Assembly (NCBI RefSeq): GCF_944326445.1
Contig: NZ_CALVDZ010000001.1
DNA from: an uncultured Helicobacter sp.
GTDB lineage: Bacteria; Campylobacterota; Campylobacteria; Campylobacterales; Helicobacteraceae
DNA length: 32,000 nucleotides
Reading direction: 5' to 3' (one strand)
Part shown: positions 7,988 through 17,109 of the stretch, piece by piece
How the letters are laid out: every line of letters starts with the position of its first letter
Position numbering within the stretch: position 1 is the first letter of the stretch
Translations under genes and position numbers: made by a program
Notes under the pieces: generated by a model
The model's input: the letters and a program-made list of their open reading frames with translations, nothing else
Told to the model about the DNA's origin: nothing
The model's database searches: none

Positions 7988-9150
7988 TGCAAGTAGTGCG
8001 CGTGGGGGAGGCAGTGGCTAGTGAGACTCTAGCGCGTGTGGGTGCTGATGAAGTGGGGCATAAGATTATGGCGCAAAAGGCGCAGATGTATTATTTTGCC
8101 CTGCATAATCTTGAGTATGTGCCAAGCGCGATTTTAAAGCAAGAAGCCCTAAGCGTGGGCGCAGAGTATGCCACGCCGCGCGAGCAGATTCTCTATCAAG
8201 GGGAAAAGGTGGGCTTGCTCATTGCCAACAAATCCCAGCTAAAGCGGCTGATTGCCAAGCTCTCTACCCAAAGCTTTGGGCTTAGATCCCTCGCTACCGC
8301 CCTTAAATCCCACGCGCGCGCGCCACAAAAAGCCCAAGGACAAGCTAGGATTATGGCGATAGTCAATGTCACGCCCGATAGCTTTTATGCGCCCTCACGC
8401 AAAAGTGCCAAGGAAGCCATAGAGCGCATTTATGAGCTATTAGAGGAGGGCGTGGCGTATATCGATGTGGGTGCGGCGAGCTCGCGCCCGGGCAGTGAGA
8501 TTATAGAATCTAGTGAGGAGATAGCGCGCTTGCGTGAGGTGTGTGCGGAGATAGATTCTAAGCAATTGTATAAAAGAGCGCGATTTAGTATCGATACCTA
8601 CAATCCACAAACCGCGGAGTTCGCGCTAAAAAGTGGCTTTAGTATCATTAATGATGTGAGTGGCTTTAGCAATCCCCAAATGGCGCAAGTCAATGCCGCC
8701 TTTGGCGCGAGCGCGGTTATTATGCACTCTAAGGGCACGCCAAAGGTTATGCAGACACTCACGCATTATGACAATCTCTTTGGCGAGATCGATGAGTTTT
8801 TTGCGCGCAAGATCGATGAGGTGCTGCAAGCTGGGGGCAGGGAGATAATCCTAGATATAGGCTTTGGGTTTGCCAAAAATGACGCACAAAACCTCGCGCT
8901 AGTCAGTCATCTCGCGCACTTTAAGCACTTTGGCTATCCGCTGCTACTTGGGGCAAGTAGGAAAAACACACTCGGGCAAATCACGGGCAGGCAAGCCCAA
9001 GATCGCCTAAGTGCCACGCTCACACTGCATTTGCTAGGGGTGCAAAATGGCGCGGATATCCTGCGCGTGCATGATAGCAAGGAGCATAGCGATATGCTCA
9101 AAGTCTATGGCGCGCTTAGGACAAATACGCTCAAACAAGGGCTTTTGTGA
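7987..9150 (+). CDS. folP: Dihydropteroate synthase with an N-terminal extension of about 120 aa
   Basis: IMAIVNVTPDSFY, DVGAASSRPG, SIDTY, INDVSG, LDIGFGFAK, GASRK and ILRVHD motifs. The ATG overlaps the holB stop (TAATG). Confidence 0.92.
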   Translation: MQVVRVGEAVASETLARVGADEVGHKIMAQKAQMYYFALHNLEYVPSAILKQEALSVGAEYATPREQILYQGEKVGLLIANKSQLKRLIAKLSTQSFGLRSLATALKSHARAPQKAQGQARIMAIVNVTPDSFYAPSRKSAKEAIERIYELLEEGVAYIDVGAASSRPGSEIIESSEEIARLREVCAEIDSKQLYKRARFSIDTYNPQTAEFALKSGFSIINDVSGFSNPQMAQVNAAFGASAVIMHSKGTPKVMQTLTHYDNLFGEIDEFFARKIDEVLQAGGREIILDIGFGFAKNDAQNLALVSHLAHFKHFGYPLLLGASRKNTLGQITGRQAQDRLSATLTLHLLGVQNGADILRVHDSKEHSDMLKVYGALRTNTLKQGLL

Positions 9151-10139
9151 TGAAACTTAGCCGCGATATACTCACGGGCTTTTTGAAGCGGCACGGCTAT
9201 GAGAGTGCTAAGCTAGAATCTATGGAGCTAAAGGAGCTTAAAGAAGCCTATAAGGAGCTAACCCAAAAGCTTGTGGGCGCGTATTTTCAGCTCACTAATG
9301 ATGAAAAAAGCATTAAGAGCAACTCCAGCTTGCTAGACACCACCGAGCTCACGGAGTTTAAGCACAAGCTCAAAGAAAGTGCGGGCAATATCGTGAATCT
9401 GATAGAATGCCTCCAAGAGGGATATAGGAAGTTTGATTATAGTGAAGTCAATGATTTGCTCGCCATCGCGCTTAAAGATATGCCTATGCACAAAATGCAA
9501 AAAATCTCACATATCGCCTATAGGAGCTTTCAAGAGATTTTGTTATCTGAGATCGCAAACGCGCTCAAAGACTTGCCCAAAGAGGAGTTTAAGGTGCTCG
9601 AGGAGTTTTATGAAAGGCGGCGCGATGATACGCGGTTTTTGTATGAGACGATTGATAAGCTAAAAGATCCCGCCACGCGTCAGCAGATTCTCACGATGGC
9701 GCGCGTGAAGCTTATGATAGTGAGAGACTTCCTGCCCTCAAACCTCTATGATGTGTATCGGGATTATTACAACAACACACCCCAAAAGCTTGAGATGATT
9801 GCCAAAGTGATGGCACTCACGGGGCTGTATTCTAAGCATTATCTCAAAGAAATGCCCTTTGAAGAGCTTGAAACCCTCTATCAGGACATAGTCCGCCACA
9901 ACGAGCAGGAGGAGTATGACAAAAAGATGTTTCTCAAATACTCACAAGCCATCCAAGAGAGCGTGGATAACAATGATGATGAGGGCTTTAATGATGTGTG
10001 TTCGCGCGCGGTTACGCACCTCACGTCCAAGCAGCTCTCTATGCTCGTAGAATATATGAATGGGCAAAACCCCTTTTTTTTAAGCAAGTTTGAATCTGTA
10101 ATGCACGAATATAAGAAAAAGCTTAATATCAAGCATTAA
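9150..10139 (+). CDS. Hypothetical helical protein rich in E and K
   Basis: 329 aa ORF whose ATG at 9150 overlaps the folP TGA by 1 nt. No motif I recognise. The only support is codon-usage continuity with its neighbours, judged by eye. Confidence 0.6.
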   Translation: MKLSRDILTGFLKRHGYESAKLESMELKELKEAYKELTQKLVGAYFQLTNDEKSIKSNSSLLDTTELTEFKHKLKESAGNIVNLIECLQEGYRKFDYSEVNDLLAIALKDMPMHKMQKISHIAYRSFQEILLSEIANALKDLPKEEFKVLEEFYERRRDDTRFLYETIDKLKDPATRQQILTMARVKLMIVRDFLPSNLYDVYRDYYNNTPQKLEMIAKVMALTGLYSKHYLKEMPFEELETLYQDIVRHNEQEEYDKKMFLKYSQAIQESVDNNDDEGFNDVCSRAVTHLTSKQLSMLVEYMNGQNPFFLSKFESVMHEYKKKLNIKH

Positions 10140-10148
10140 GGAGCGGTA

Positions 10149-11381
10149 ATGATAGTGAGTGTGAGCGCGCTAAATGCCCAGCTAAAAGCCCTAGTGGAGA
10201 GCACTTTTGTGCAGGTGCAAGTCCAAGGCGAGATCAGCAATCTCACGCTACACACCAGCGGGCATATGTATTTTAGCCTCAAAGACGCAGATTCTCAAGT
10301 GCGCTGCGTGATGTTCCGAGGCAATGTGAGCGCGCTAAAATTTGAGCCAAAAGAGGGTATGAGCGTGGTGGTGAGCGGTGCTGTGAGCGTGTATGCGCCG
10401 CGCGGCGAATATCAGATACAATGCAGGGGTATGATCCCAGAGGGCATAGGCGAGCTGACACTGCGCTTCCAGCAATTGCGCCAAAAGCTCCAAGATAAGG
10501 GCTACTTTCATTCCAAAAAGCCCTTGCCTGCCTATCCTAAGCGCATAGCGGTTTTGACCTCTCTAAGTGGCGCGGCACTCCAAGATATGCTAAAGGTGGC
10601 TAGGAAGCGATGGAATCTCACCAAAATCGTAGCCATAAACACCCTCGTGCAGGGCAAGGAGGCAAAAGATTCTATTGCGCGCAATATCGCGTATGCCGAT
10701 GGGCTTTTTGGCACGCCGCAGGGCTTTGATGTAATCGTCATAGGGCGCGGTGGAGGGAGTATCGAGGATTTGTGGGCGTTTAACGAAGAGGTGGTAGCCG
10801 AGGCGATACACCGCGCACGCACGCCTATCGTGAGTGCTGTGGGGCACGAAGTGGATACGGTGATCTCGGATTTGGTAGCGGATTTGCGCGCGCCCACGCC
10901 CAGCGCGGCGATGGAGATGATACTGCCAGATTCACAGGAGTGGCTTATGCGGCTTGATGATATGCGCGCGGTTTGTGAGGGTGCGTTTGTCGCTATGCGC
11001 GCGCGCAAGCAGGAGATACTAGAGCACCTTTATGAGCTCATACAGACTAGGAGCGTGCGCGCTAGAATCAAGGCGCGCAGTGAGCAGCTAGAGCTTTTGC
11101 GCCACTCCCTCCATAATGCAATGTCTCTCATCCTCCAAGACAAGGAGCTAAGGCTCTCTGTGCTGCGTGATGCGCTCACATTTGGGGCATTTGTGGATAA
11201 TAAGCAAAAGCTCATACAATCTCTGCAATACGCGCTAAATGCGCTCAATCCGAAGCATACAAAAAAGGGCGTGGCGCAGGTGCTAAAAGATGGCGCAGTG
11301 GTGGAGCTAGAGAGCGTGCGCAGCGGGGAAGTGGTGGAGCTAGTGGATACCACAGCGAGCAGGAGAGCGGAGATTTTGTAG
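10149..11381 (+). CDS. xseA: Exodeoxyribonuclease VII large subunit
   Basis: N-terminal OB fold signature (VSALNAQLKALVE...VQGEISNL...SGHMYFSLKD), catalytic core (RGGGSIEDLWAFNEE...VGHEVD), coiled-coil C-terminus. AAGGAG upstream. Confidence 0.9.
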   Translation: MIVSVSALNAQLKALVESTFVQVQVQGEISNLTLHTSGHMYFSLKDADSQVRCVMFRGNVSALKFEPKEGMSVVVSGAVSVYAPRGEYQIQCRGMIPEGIGELTLRFQQLRQKLQDKGYFHSKKPLPAYPKRIAVLTSLSGAALQDMLKVARKRWNLTKIVAINTLVQGKEAKDSIARNIAYADGLFGTPQGFDVIVIGRGGGSIEDLWAFNEEVVAEAIHRARTPIVSAVGHEVDTVISDLVADLRAPTPSAAMEMILPDSQEWLMRLDDMRAVCEGAFVAMRARKQEILEHLYELIQTRSVRARIKARSEQLELLRHSLHNAMSLILQDKELRLSVLRDALTFGAFVDNKQKLIQSLQYALNALNPKHTKKGVAQVLKDGAVVELESVRSGEVVELVDTTASRRAEIL

Positions 11382-11460
11382 GGAGTGGGAGTTGGATTGT
11401 GTGTTTGTGCGTTTTTAAAAATCTCTTTAGATTCTGTGCTTAGGTTTTTGAATCTATAAA

Positions 11461-11850
11461 TGTATGCTCACGCAAGCGGCAGCAATTTGTCAGAGACAAA
11501 TTGCGGTAAAAATGTGGAGTCTAGTTGGGTTTATAGAATCTGCGCCATTGCTAAGTCGCGTTCCTGACGCGGCTAAACTAAAGATTCTAGAATCTCGCTA
11601 AAAAATGCAGTGTATGCTCGCGAGCGGTATCAAGTTTGTGAAACAAACTTGCATAAAATAATAGGCTCTAGCTCGGTTTATAGAAAATACGCCAACCCAA
11701 GCGGCGTTCCTGACACGGCTACACTAGGCAATCATAGAATCTCGCACTTAGATTCTATGTATGCTCGCGCAGCGGAGGGGGAGGGGCTTTGCCCCAAACC
11801 CCGATAACAAGATTTTTGCCCTAGCAAAAAACTTGCATTAAATGATAGGA
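11461..11850 (-). repeat. Array of about 2.5-3 tandem units (150-180 bp each) of a structured intergenic repeat (family R1)
   Basis: On the + strand each unit starts TGTATGCTCGCG, then carries a hairpin whose sequence varies, then tttatagaa and gcgttcctgac. It is the reverse complement of the array at 15130-15490. Confidence 0.8.
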
Positions 11851-12611
11851 TCCAAAAACCGCTCATCAGAGAAACTATTGGCGTGCAGGTGTGTGAAGGC
11901 GTTTTTGAGGGATTTGAAAAAATCGGGATTTTTGGATTCTAATTGCGCGAGAAATTCCTTGGTATTGGCACGCGCAAAGGGGCGTTTGTCATCAGGTAGC
12001 CAATTTATGGGACAGTTGCAATCTGGCGCGATATAGATGGCATTGTGCGCGATAAAATCGATGATTTGCCGCTCACGCACAAAGAGAAGCGGTCGTATCA
12101 CACTTAGTCCATTTTGTGCCTTGTAGCGCGGAGGCATCGAGCGAAGCGCGCCATTATAAGTGAGATTCATAAAAAAGCTCTCGGCAGCGTCATCGAGATG
12201 ATGGGCTAGGGCGAGTTTGTTAAACCCGCCCTCTAACGCCTTAGTATAGAGCGCGCCTCTACGCATACGCGAGCAAAAGCTGCAATACACGCTCCCCTCG
12301 CGCTTGTGCTCCTCTAAGATCTTATAAATATCGGTGCGGTAGAGCTCATAGGGGATATTTAGCTTTTCACAATACTCAAAGATATACTCATACTCCCCGC
12401 CGCGCCCATAATCCACGGTGAGTGCTTTGAACTCAAATTTGAAAGGTGCGTGTGCGCGCATATGCGCCAAAATCGTGGCAAGCAGTATAGAATCTTTGCC
12501 CCCGCTTAAGCCCAAAAGCACCTTATCGCCCTCTTGGATTAGGTTGTATTGGGCGTTGGTTTTGCCCACGATGGAAAGGATTTTTTTGCTGATAGTGGGT
12601 GTGTGCATCAC
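11838..12611 (-). CDS. ttcA: tRNA 2-thiocytidine synthase (TtcA-family PP-loop ATPase)
   Basis: PP-loop LGLSGGKDS, CSFCSRMRRG Fe-S/CxxC motif, and a second Cys pair, PDCNCP. Confidence 0.8.
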   Translation of the reverse strand: MMHTPTISKKILSIVGKTNAQYNLIQEGDKVLLGLSGGKDSILLATILAHMRAHAPFKFEFKALTVDYGRGGEYEYIFEYCEKLNIPYELYRTDIYKILEEHKREGSVYCSFCSRMRRGALYTKALEGGFNKLALAHHLDDAAESFFMNLTYNGALRSMPPRYKAQNGLSVIRPLLFVRERQIIDFIAHNAIYIAPDCNCPINWLPDDKRPFARANTKEFLAQLESKNPDFFKSLKNAFTHLHANSFSDERFLDPII

Positions 12612-12756
12612 AAGCCTTTATGAGAGAAAATCACGAAGCGAAAGTGTAGCATATTTGGCGGGATAGAATCTTAAGTATTTAATCAGTCTTTAAGCGTTAC
12701 AATACCGCCCTAGTCTTTGATGCGAGACGAGACATTTTACCATTTGGAGTTAGATT

Positions 12757-13587
12757 ATGAGAAAAGTTATCGTTAGTTTGGCGTTGGTTGGCGTGCTGGG
12801 TGTAGCCGCACTAGAAGCCAAAACTTATGCAACAGTCAATGGAAGCCCCATCACAGAAAAAGATCTCGAGCCACTCACACAGGCAAATCCCAATATGGAC
12901 TTTGACAAGCTGCCCGAGCAAGAGCGCGAGATGATCCTCAATGAAATCATCAATCAAAAACTCGCCCTAGATGCCGCCAAAGCCCAAAAACTCGACACTA
13001 CCAAAGAATACACAAGCGCACTAGAGGCGTTTAAAAAAGAATTGCTCCTAAGGGCGTGGCAGCAGCAGCAAATGCAAAATGTGCAAATGCCAAACCCAAG
13101 TGAGGAGCAGCTCAAGCAGATCTATGAGCAAAACAAAGACAACTTCATCGATCAAAGTGGCAAAGCCCGCCATATCCTCGTAGCGACTGAAGAGGAGGCT
13201 AAGGCAATCATCTCCGAGCTCAATAAAGTCAGAGGGCGCGTCGAGCCAAAGTTTATCGATTTGGCAAACCAAAAAACCATCGATCCAGCTAGCAAGCAGC
13301 AGCAAAATGGCGGGGATTTGGGGAATTTTCATCGTGCGGCGATGATGCCAGAATTTTCTAAAGCTGCCTTTGATCTCAAGCCCGGCACATACACCAAAAC
13401 CCCCGTGCAAACGCAGTTTGGCTACCATATCATCTACCTTGAGAGCAAAACCGAGCCAAAAACCATAAGCTATGAGCAGGCTAAGCAGATGATTATCCAA
13501 AATATGCAAATGCAGGCGGTGCGGCAGGCGATGGGAGAGAAGATTCAGGAATTGCGCCAAAAAGCCAAGATCCAGATCAACAAATAA
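12757..13587 (+). CDS. Secreted parvulin-type peptidyl-prolyl isomerase (SurA/PrsA-like; HP0175 / C. jejuni PEB4-like)
   Basis: Signal peptide MRKVIVSLALVGVLGVAALEA. Parvulin core ARHILV...GGDLGNF...FGYHIIYLE. Sits upstream of fba-efp as in H. pylori. Confidence 0.88.
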   Translation: MRKVIVSLALVGVLGVAALEAKTYATVNGSPITEKDLEPLTQANPNMDFDKLPEQEREMILNEIINQKLALDAAKAQKLDTTKEYTSALEAFKKELLLRAWQQQQMQNVQMPNPSEEQLKQIYEQNKDNFIDQSGKARHILVATEEEAKAIISELNKVRGRVEPKFIDLANQKTIDPASKQQQNGGDLGNFHRAAMMPEFSKAAFDLKPGTYTKTPVQTQFGYHIIYLESKTEPKTISYEQAKQMIIQNMQMQAVRQAMGEKIQELRQKAKIQINK

Positions 13588-13616
13588 CCAAATCAACAAA
13601 CAATTAAGGAGTGCGT

Positions 13617-14540
13617 ATGCTAGTGAGCGGAAATGAGATTTTGCTCAAAGCCCATAAAGAGGGCTATGGAGTGGGAGCGTTTAACTTTGTCAATTTTGAA
13701 ATGCTCAATGCGATTTTTAATGCTGCCAATGAGGCGAGCTCACCCATCATCGTGCAGGCGAGCGAGGGAGCTATCAAGTATATGGGGATTGATATGGCAG
13801 TGGGGCTTGTCAAAATCCTAAGTGCGCGCTATCCTCATATACCCGTCGCACTCAATCTCGATCACGGCACGAGCTTTGAATCTTGCAAAAGGGCTATTGA
13901 TGCGGGATTTACCTCTGTGATGATTGACGCCTCGCACCATTGCTTTGAAGAAAATGTAAAGATGACAAAAGAAGTGGTAGCCTACGCACACAGCAAGGGC
14001 GTGAGTGTGGAGGCGGAGCTAGGGAGACTGATGGGCATAGAGGACAATATCTCGGTGAGCGAGCAGGACGCCGTGCTCGTCAATCCCGATGAGGCGGAGG
14101 AATTTGTCAAACAAACACAGGTGGATTATCTCGCACCCGCTATTGGCACGAGCCATGGGGCGTTTAAGTTCAAAGGCGAGCCAAAGCTAGATTTTGCGCG
14201 ATTGCAAGAAGTCAAGCGCAGGACAAATATCCCGCTAGTGCTGCATGGAGCGAGTGCTATCCCAGAGTATGTGCGCGAGAGCTTCCTAAGCACGGGCGGA
14301 GATCTCAAAGGTAGTAAGGGCGTGCCCTTTGAGTTTTTGCAAGAAGCCGTGAGGGGCGGTATCAATAAGGTAAATACCGATACGGATTTGCGCATAGCCT
14401 TTATGGCGGAGGTGCGCAGGGTGGCAAATGCCGATGCGACGCAGTTTGATCTGCGCAAGTTTTTTGCTCCCGGTATGGAAGCAATGCAAAAAGTGATGGT
14501 AGAGCGTATGCAAATCCTAGGCTCTGCACAAAAAATCTAA
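13617..14540 (+). CDS. fba: Class II fructose-1,6-bisphosphate aldolase
   Basis: MLVSGNEILLKAHKEGYGVGAFNFVN, LNLDHG, SVEAELG, GTSHGAFKF, LVLHGAS. The ATG at 13617 has TAAGGA 6 nt upstream; the track starts at the GTG at 13611. Confidence 0.92.
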   Translation: MLVSGNEILLKAHKEGYGVGAFNFVNFEMLNAIFNAANEASSPIIVQASEGAIKYMGIDMAVGLVKILSARYPHIPVALNLDHGTSFESCKRAIDAGFTSVMIDASHHCFEENVKMTKEVVAYAHSKGVSVEAELGRLMGIEDNISVSEQDAVLVNPDEAEEFVKQTQVDYLAPAIGTSHGAFKFKGEPKLDFARLQEVKRRTNIPLVLHGASAIPEYVRESFLSTGGDLKGSKGVPFEFLQEAVRGGINKVNTDTDLRIAFMAEVRRVANADATQFDLRKFFAPGMEAMQKVMVERMQILGSAQKI

Positions 14541-14558
14541 TCTCTATAAGGAGCTACA

Positions 14559-15122
14559 ATGGCAATAGGTATGAGCGAGCTAAAAAAAGGCTTAAAGATC
14601 GAAATCGACAAAATCCCCTATCGGATTGTCGAGTATCAGCATGTCAAACCCGGCAAGGGCGCGGCGTTTGTGCGTGCTAAGATAAAGTCCTTTCTCGATG
14701 GCAAGGTGATTGAAAAGACTTTCCACGCGGGGGATAAGTGCGATGAGCCAAACCTCCAAGAGAAGAGTATGCAGTTTTTGTATCAAGATGGGGATTTGTT
14801 CCAATTTATGGACAACGAGAGCTATGAGCAGATCGCGCTCACTCAAGATCAAGTAGGCGATACTGCCAAGTGGATTATCGATGGCACGATTGTGCAGGTG
14901 CTTTTTCACAACGACAAAGCCATATCCGTTGATGCGCCCCAAGTCGTCGAGCTAAAGATTGTCGAGACTGCTCCTAACTTCAAGGGCGATACTTCAAGTG
15001 CTGGCAAAAAGCCCGCTACGCTCGAGACTGGCGCGGTGGTGCAGATTCCCTTTCATGTGCTAGAGGGGGAGAGTATCCGTGTCAATACCGAGACTGGCGA
15101 ATATGTAGAAAAAGTCAAGTAA
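14559..15122 (+). CDS. efp: Elongation factor P
   Basis: 187 aa with [24 protein letters not shown], the loop carrying the normally modified Lys. Confidence 0.93.
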   Translation: MAIGMSELKKGLKIEIDKIPYRIVEYQHVKPGKGAAFVRAKIKSFLDGKVIEKTFHAGDKCDEPNLQEKSMQFLYQDGDLFQFMDNESYEQIALTQDQVGDTAKWIIDGTIVQVLFHNDKAISVDAPQVVELKIVETAPNFKGDTSSAGKKPATLETGAVVQIPFHVLEGESIRVNTETGEYVEKVK

Positions 15123-15129
15123 TTGAGGG

Positions 15130-15490
15130 CTTTTATTTATTTAATGCAAGTTTTTGCTAGGGCAAAAACTTGTTGCCGCTCGTGGGGAGTGAATCCCCAC
15201 TTCGCTCCGCTGTGCGAGCATACACTGCATTTTTTAGCGAGATTCTAGAATCTTTAGTGTCAGTGCGTCAGGAACGCCGCTTGGGCTAGCGCATTTTCTA
15301 TAAACCGAGCTAGAGCCTATCATTTAATGCAAGTTTGTTTCACAAACTTGATACCGCTCGTGAGGAGTGAATCCTCGCTCGCTCCGGCTTACGCGTTCAT
15401 ACATAGAATCTAGGTGCGAGATTCTGTAATTGCCTAGTGCCGTCGCGTCAGGCACGCGACTTAGCAATGGCACAGATTCTATAAACCCGC
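15130..15490 (+). repeat. Two tandem units of about 175-180 bp of repeat family R1, inverted relative to 11461-11850
   Basis: Units start near 15136 and 15316 (cctatcatttaatgcaag-hairpin-ccgctcg...gagcataca...gtcaggaacgccgcttggg...ttctataaacc). Segments are near-identical to the reverse complement of 11461-11850. Confidence 0.8.
15147..15172 (+). terminator. Perfect 11-bp stem hairpin directly after efp, part of an R1 unit
   Basis: caagtttttgc (15147-15157), loop tagg, gcaaaaacttg (15162-15172). No U-tract follows, so terminator function is uncertain. Confidence 0.35.
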
Positions 15491-15670
15491 CTTTTAGCAA
15501 AACAAAGCTCCCCTATACACAAGCCAAATCCCCGCGCTTGCACGCATAAGCCAAAAAATCTCTTTGTGTAGATTCGCCTCTATCACTAGTGCCTTTAGAT
15601 TCTATCTTTATCGCTCTCATAGACACACTTAGCTACAATACACCTCTATCACAAAACATAAGGAGACATT

Positions 15671-16914
15671 ATGATCACAATCAAAAATCTACGGATTGAG
15701 GACATTACACAGGGGCGTTTGGCGGGATGGTCGCGCGTGGTCGCTGATATCGATGTGGAGCATATCCCAAACCCCTATCACGATGAAGGCAACAAAATCT
15801 GGTTTGCCACGCGCACACAGGATAAGCATATGCTCTCGCACAGCTACGATGCGTTTTTGTTAATCCCACTCTATATCGCCATGACTCACAAGCAAGACTT
15901 GCACATTTGTGGCAAAGTCTCCAAACGCTTGTATAAAAATATCACGACTTATGTCCAAAGCATTCTTTGTGATTTTTCAGACAAACTCTCCAAAGTCAAA
16001 GTATCCGTCGATGGGTTTAGCGATGTGGATTCTCATACGGGGGGGGGGGAATTATAGGCACAAGCTTTTCGTGTGGGATAGATTCACTAAGCACGATTTA
16101 TGATCACTATGCCAAGCAAGAAGATCCAGACTACAAAATAAACGCGCTATTTCTCTTTGACTGCGGGGCGTATGGACACTATCGACTTCCCGATACACAC
16201 CAAAAATACCTCTATGAATACCAATCCAACAAACCAATGGCAGATGAGCTCCACCTCCCCATATACCAAGTGATCTCCAACATCCACGCTTTCCCACGCA
16301 GTATGGAATGGGGCGGTCATGGGTTTAATGCTGGTGCATGGGGGATACTTGCCACAAGCTCGTGTATGCTAAGCCTTCAAGGGACGCTCAAAAGGTATTA
16401 TATACCTAGCGCCCTTGGTTATGAGGAGATAAAGGCCTTTGGCAAGCATTACAGGGACTATGATATGGCGTGCTTTTGTGAATCCTATCTCGTGCCGCTA
16501 CTAAGCACCGAGTCGCTTGAACTCATCGTCGATGGCTGCCAATACAAGCGCACACAAAAAACCCAAAACATTGCAGAATGGGAGTTTGCTAGAGCGCATC
16601 TCAATCTCGCGTGCAAAAGAGATGGGATAAACTGCGGATACTGCTGGAAATGTATGCGCACGCTCTGCGCACTAGAGGCTATGGGCAAGCTCGAGGAGTT
16701 TCAATCCATCTTTAACCTATCAGCCTATCGCAAATACGCGTTTTTAAACAAATGCCGCGTGCGCTGCGAGCAGGCAAGCAATCCGTTTTCTAAAGACATC
16801 ATAGAATGCTATGAGGCACATGGCTATGCTGTGCCATCGCTGCTCTTTGCGAGGGCGTATCTCTTCGCACGCAAATGCGCGGGGTTTGTGAAACGAAAAA
16901 TACTCAAAAAGTAG
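15671..16914 (+). pseudogene. Phase-variable gene, frameshifted in this sequence; the restored protein would be about 415 aa with a PP-loop-like motif and a QueC-like Cys cluster
   Basis: ORF 15671..16057 terminates 8 nt after an 11-G run. The frame of ORF 16237..16914 stays open upstream to the G run (GGGGIIGTSFSCGIDSLSTIYDHYAKQED...). A 12-G or 9-G run would fuse the two. Confidence 0.75.
16039..16049 (+). repeat. Homopolymeric G11 tract (slipped-strand phase-variation switch)
   Basis: acgGGGGGGGGGGGaatt, counted directly at 16039-16049. Confidence 0.9.
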
Positions 16915-17109
16915 GGGTTTTGTAAAAAAATTTGTTACTTTTTGGCTATGTTTGGCTATAGATTCTATAAATCTTTTGGGATTTTAAGCAAACTCACACA
17001 TTTTGCCCCCTATAATGCAGGCAGATGAGCCCTACAATCACATGCGCAGGCCACGCGCAGGGCTCAAAAGCAAAAAGAAACAAACGACAAATCACTATAA
17101 GGTTTATAG

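Noticed and set aside
11515-11580. tRNA-like features occur inside R1 units: tcta-gttgggttta-taga resembles a D arm, and cgcg-TTCCTGA-cgcg resembles an anticodon stem-loop with U33 and a purine at 37.
   Set aside because: The spacing between the two arms is about 20 nt too long. I could not build an acceptor stem or a T arm (no GTTCRA). The second unit does not conserve the stem. At best this is a degenerate tRNA-derived relic, not a tRNA gene.
11461-11850. The regularly spaced repeats at 11461-11850 and 15130-15490 could be a CRISPR array.
   Set aside because: Units are 150-180 bp, not 24-48 bp. The variable parts are self-complementary hairpins rather than unique spacers. The two arrays are inverted copies of each other, and there are no cas genes in the window.
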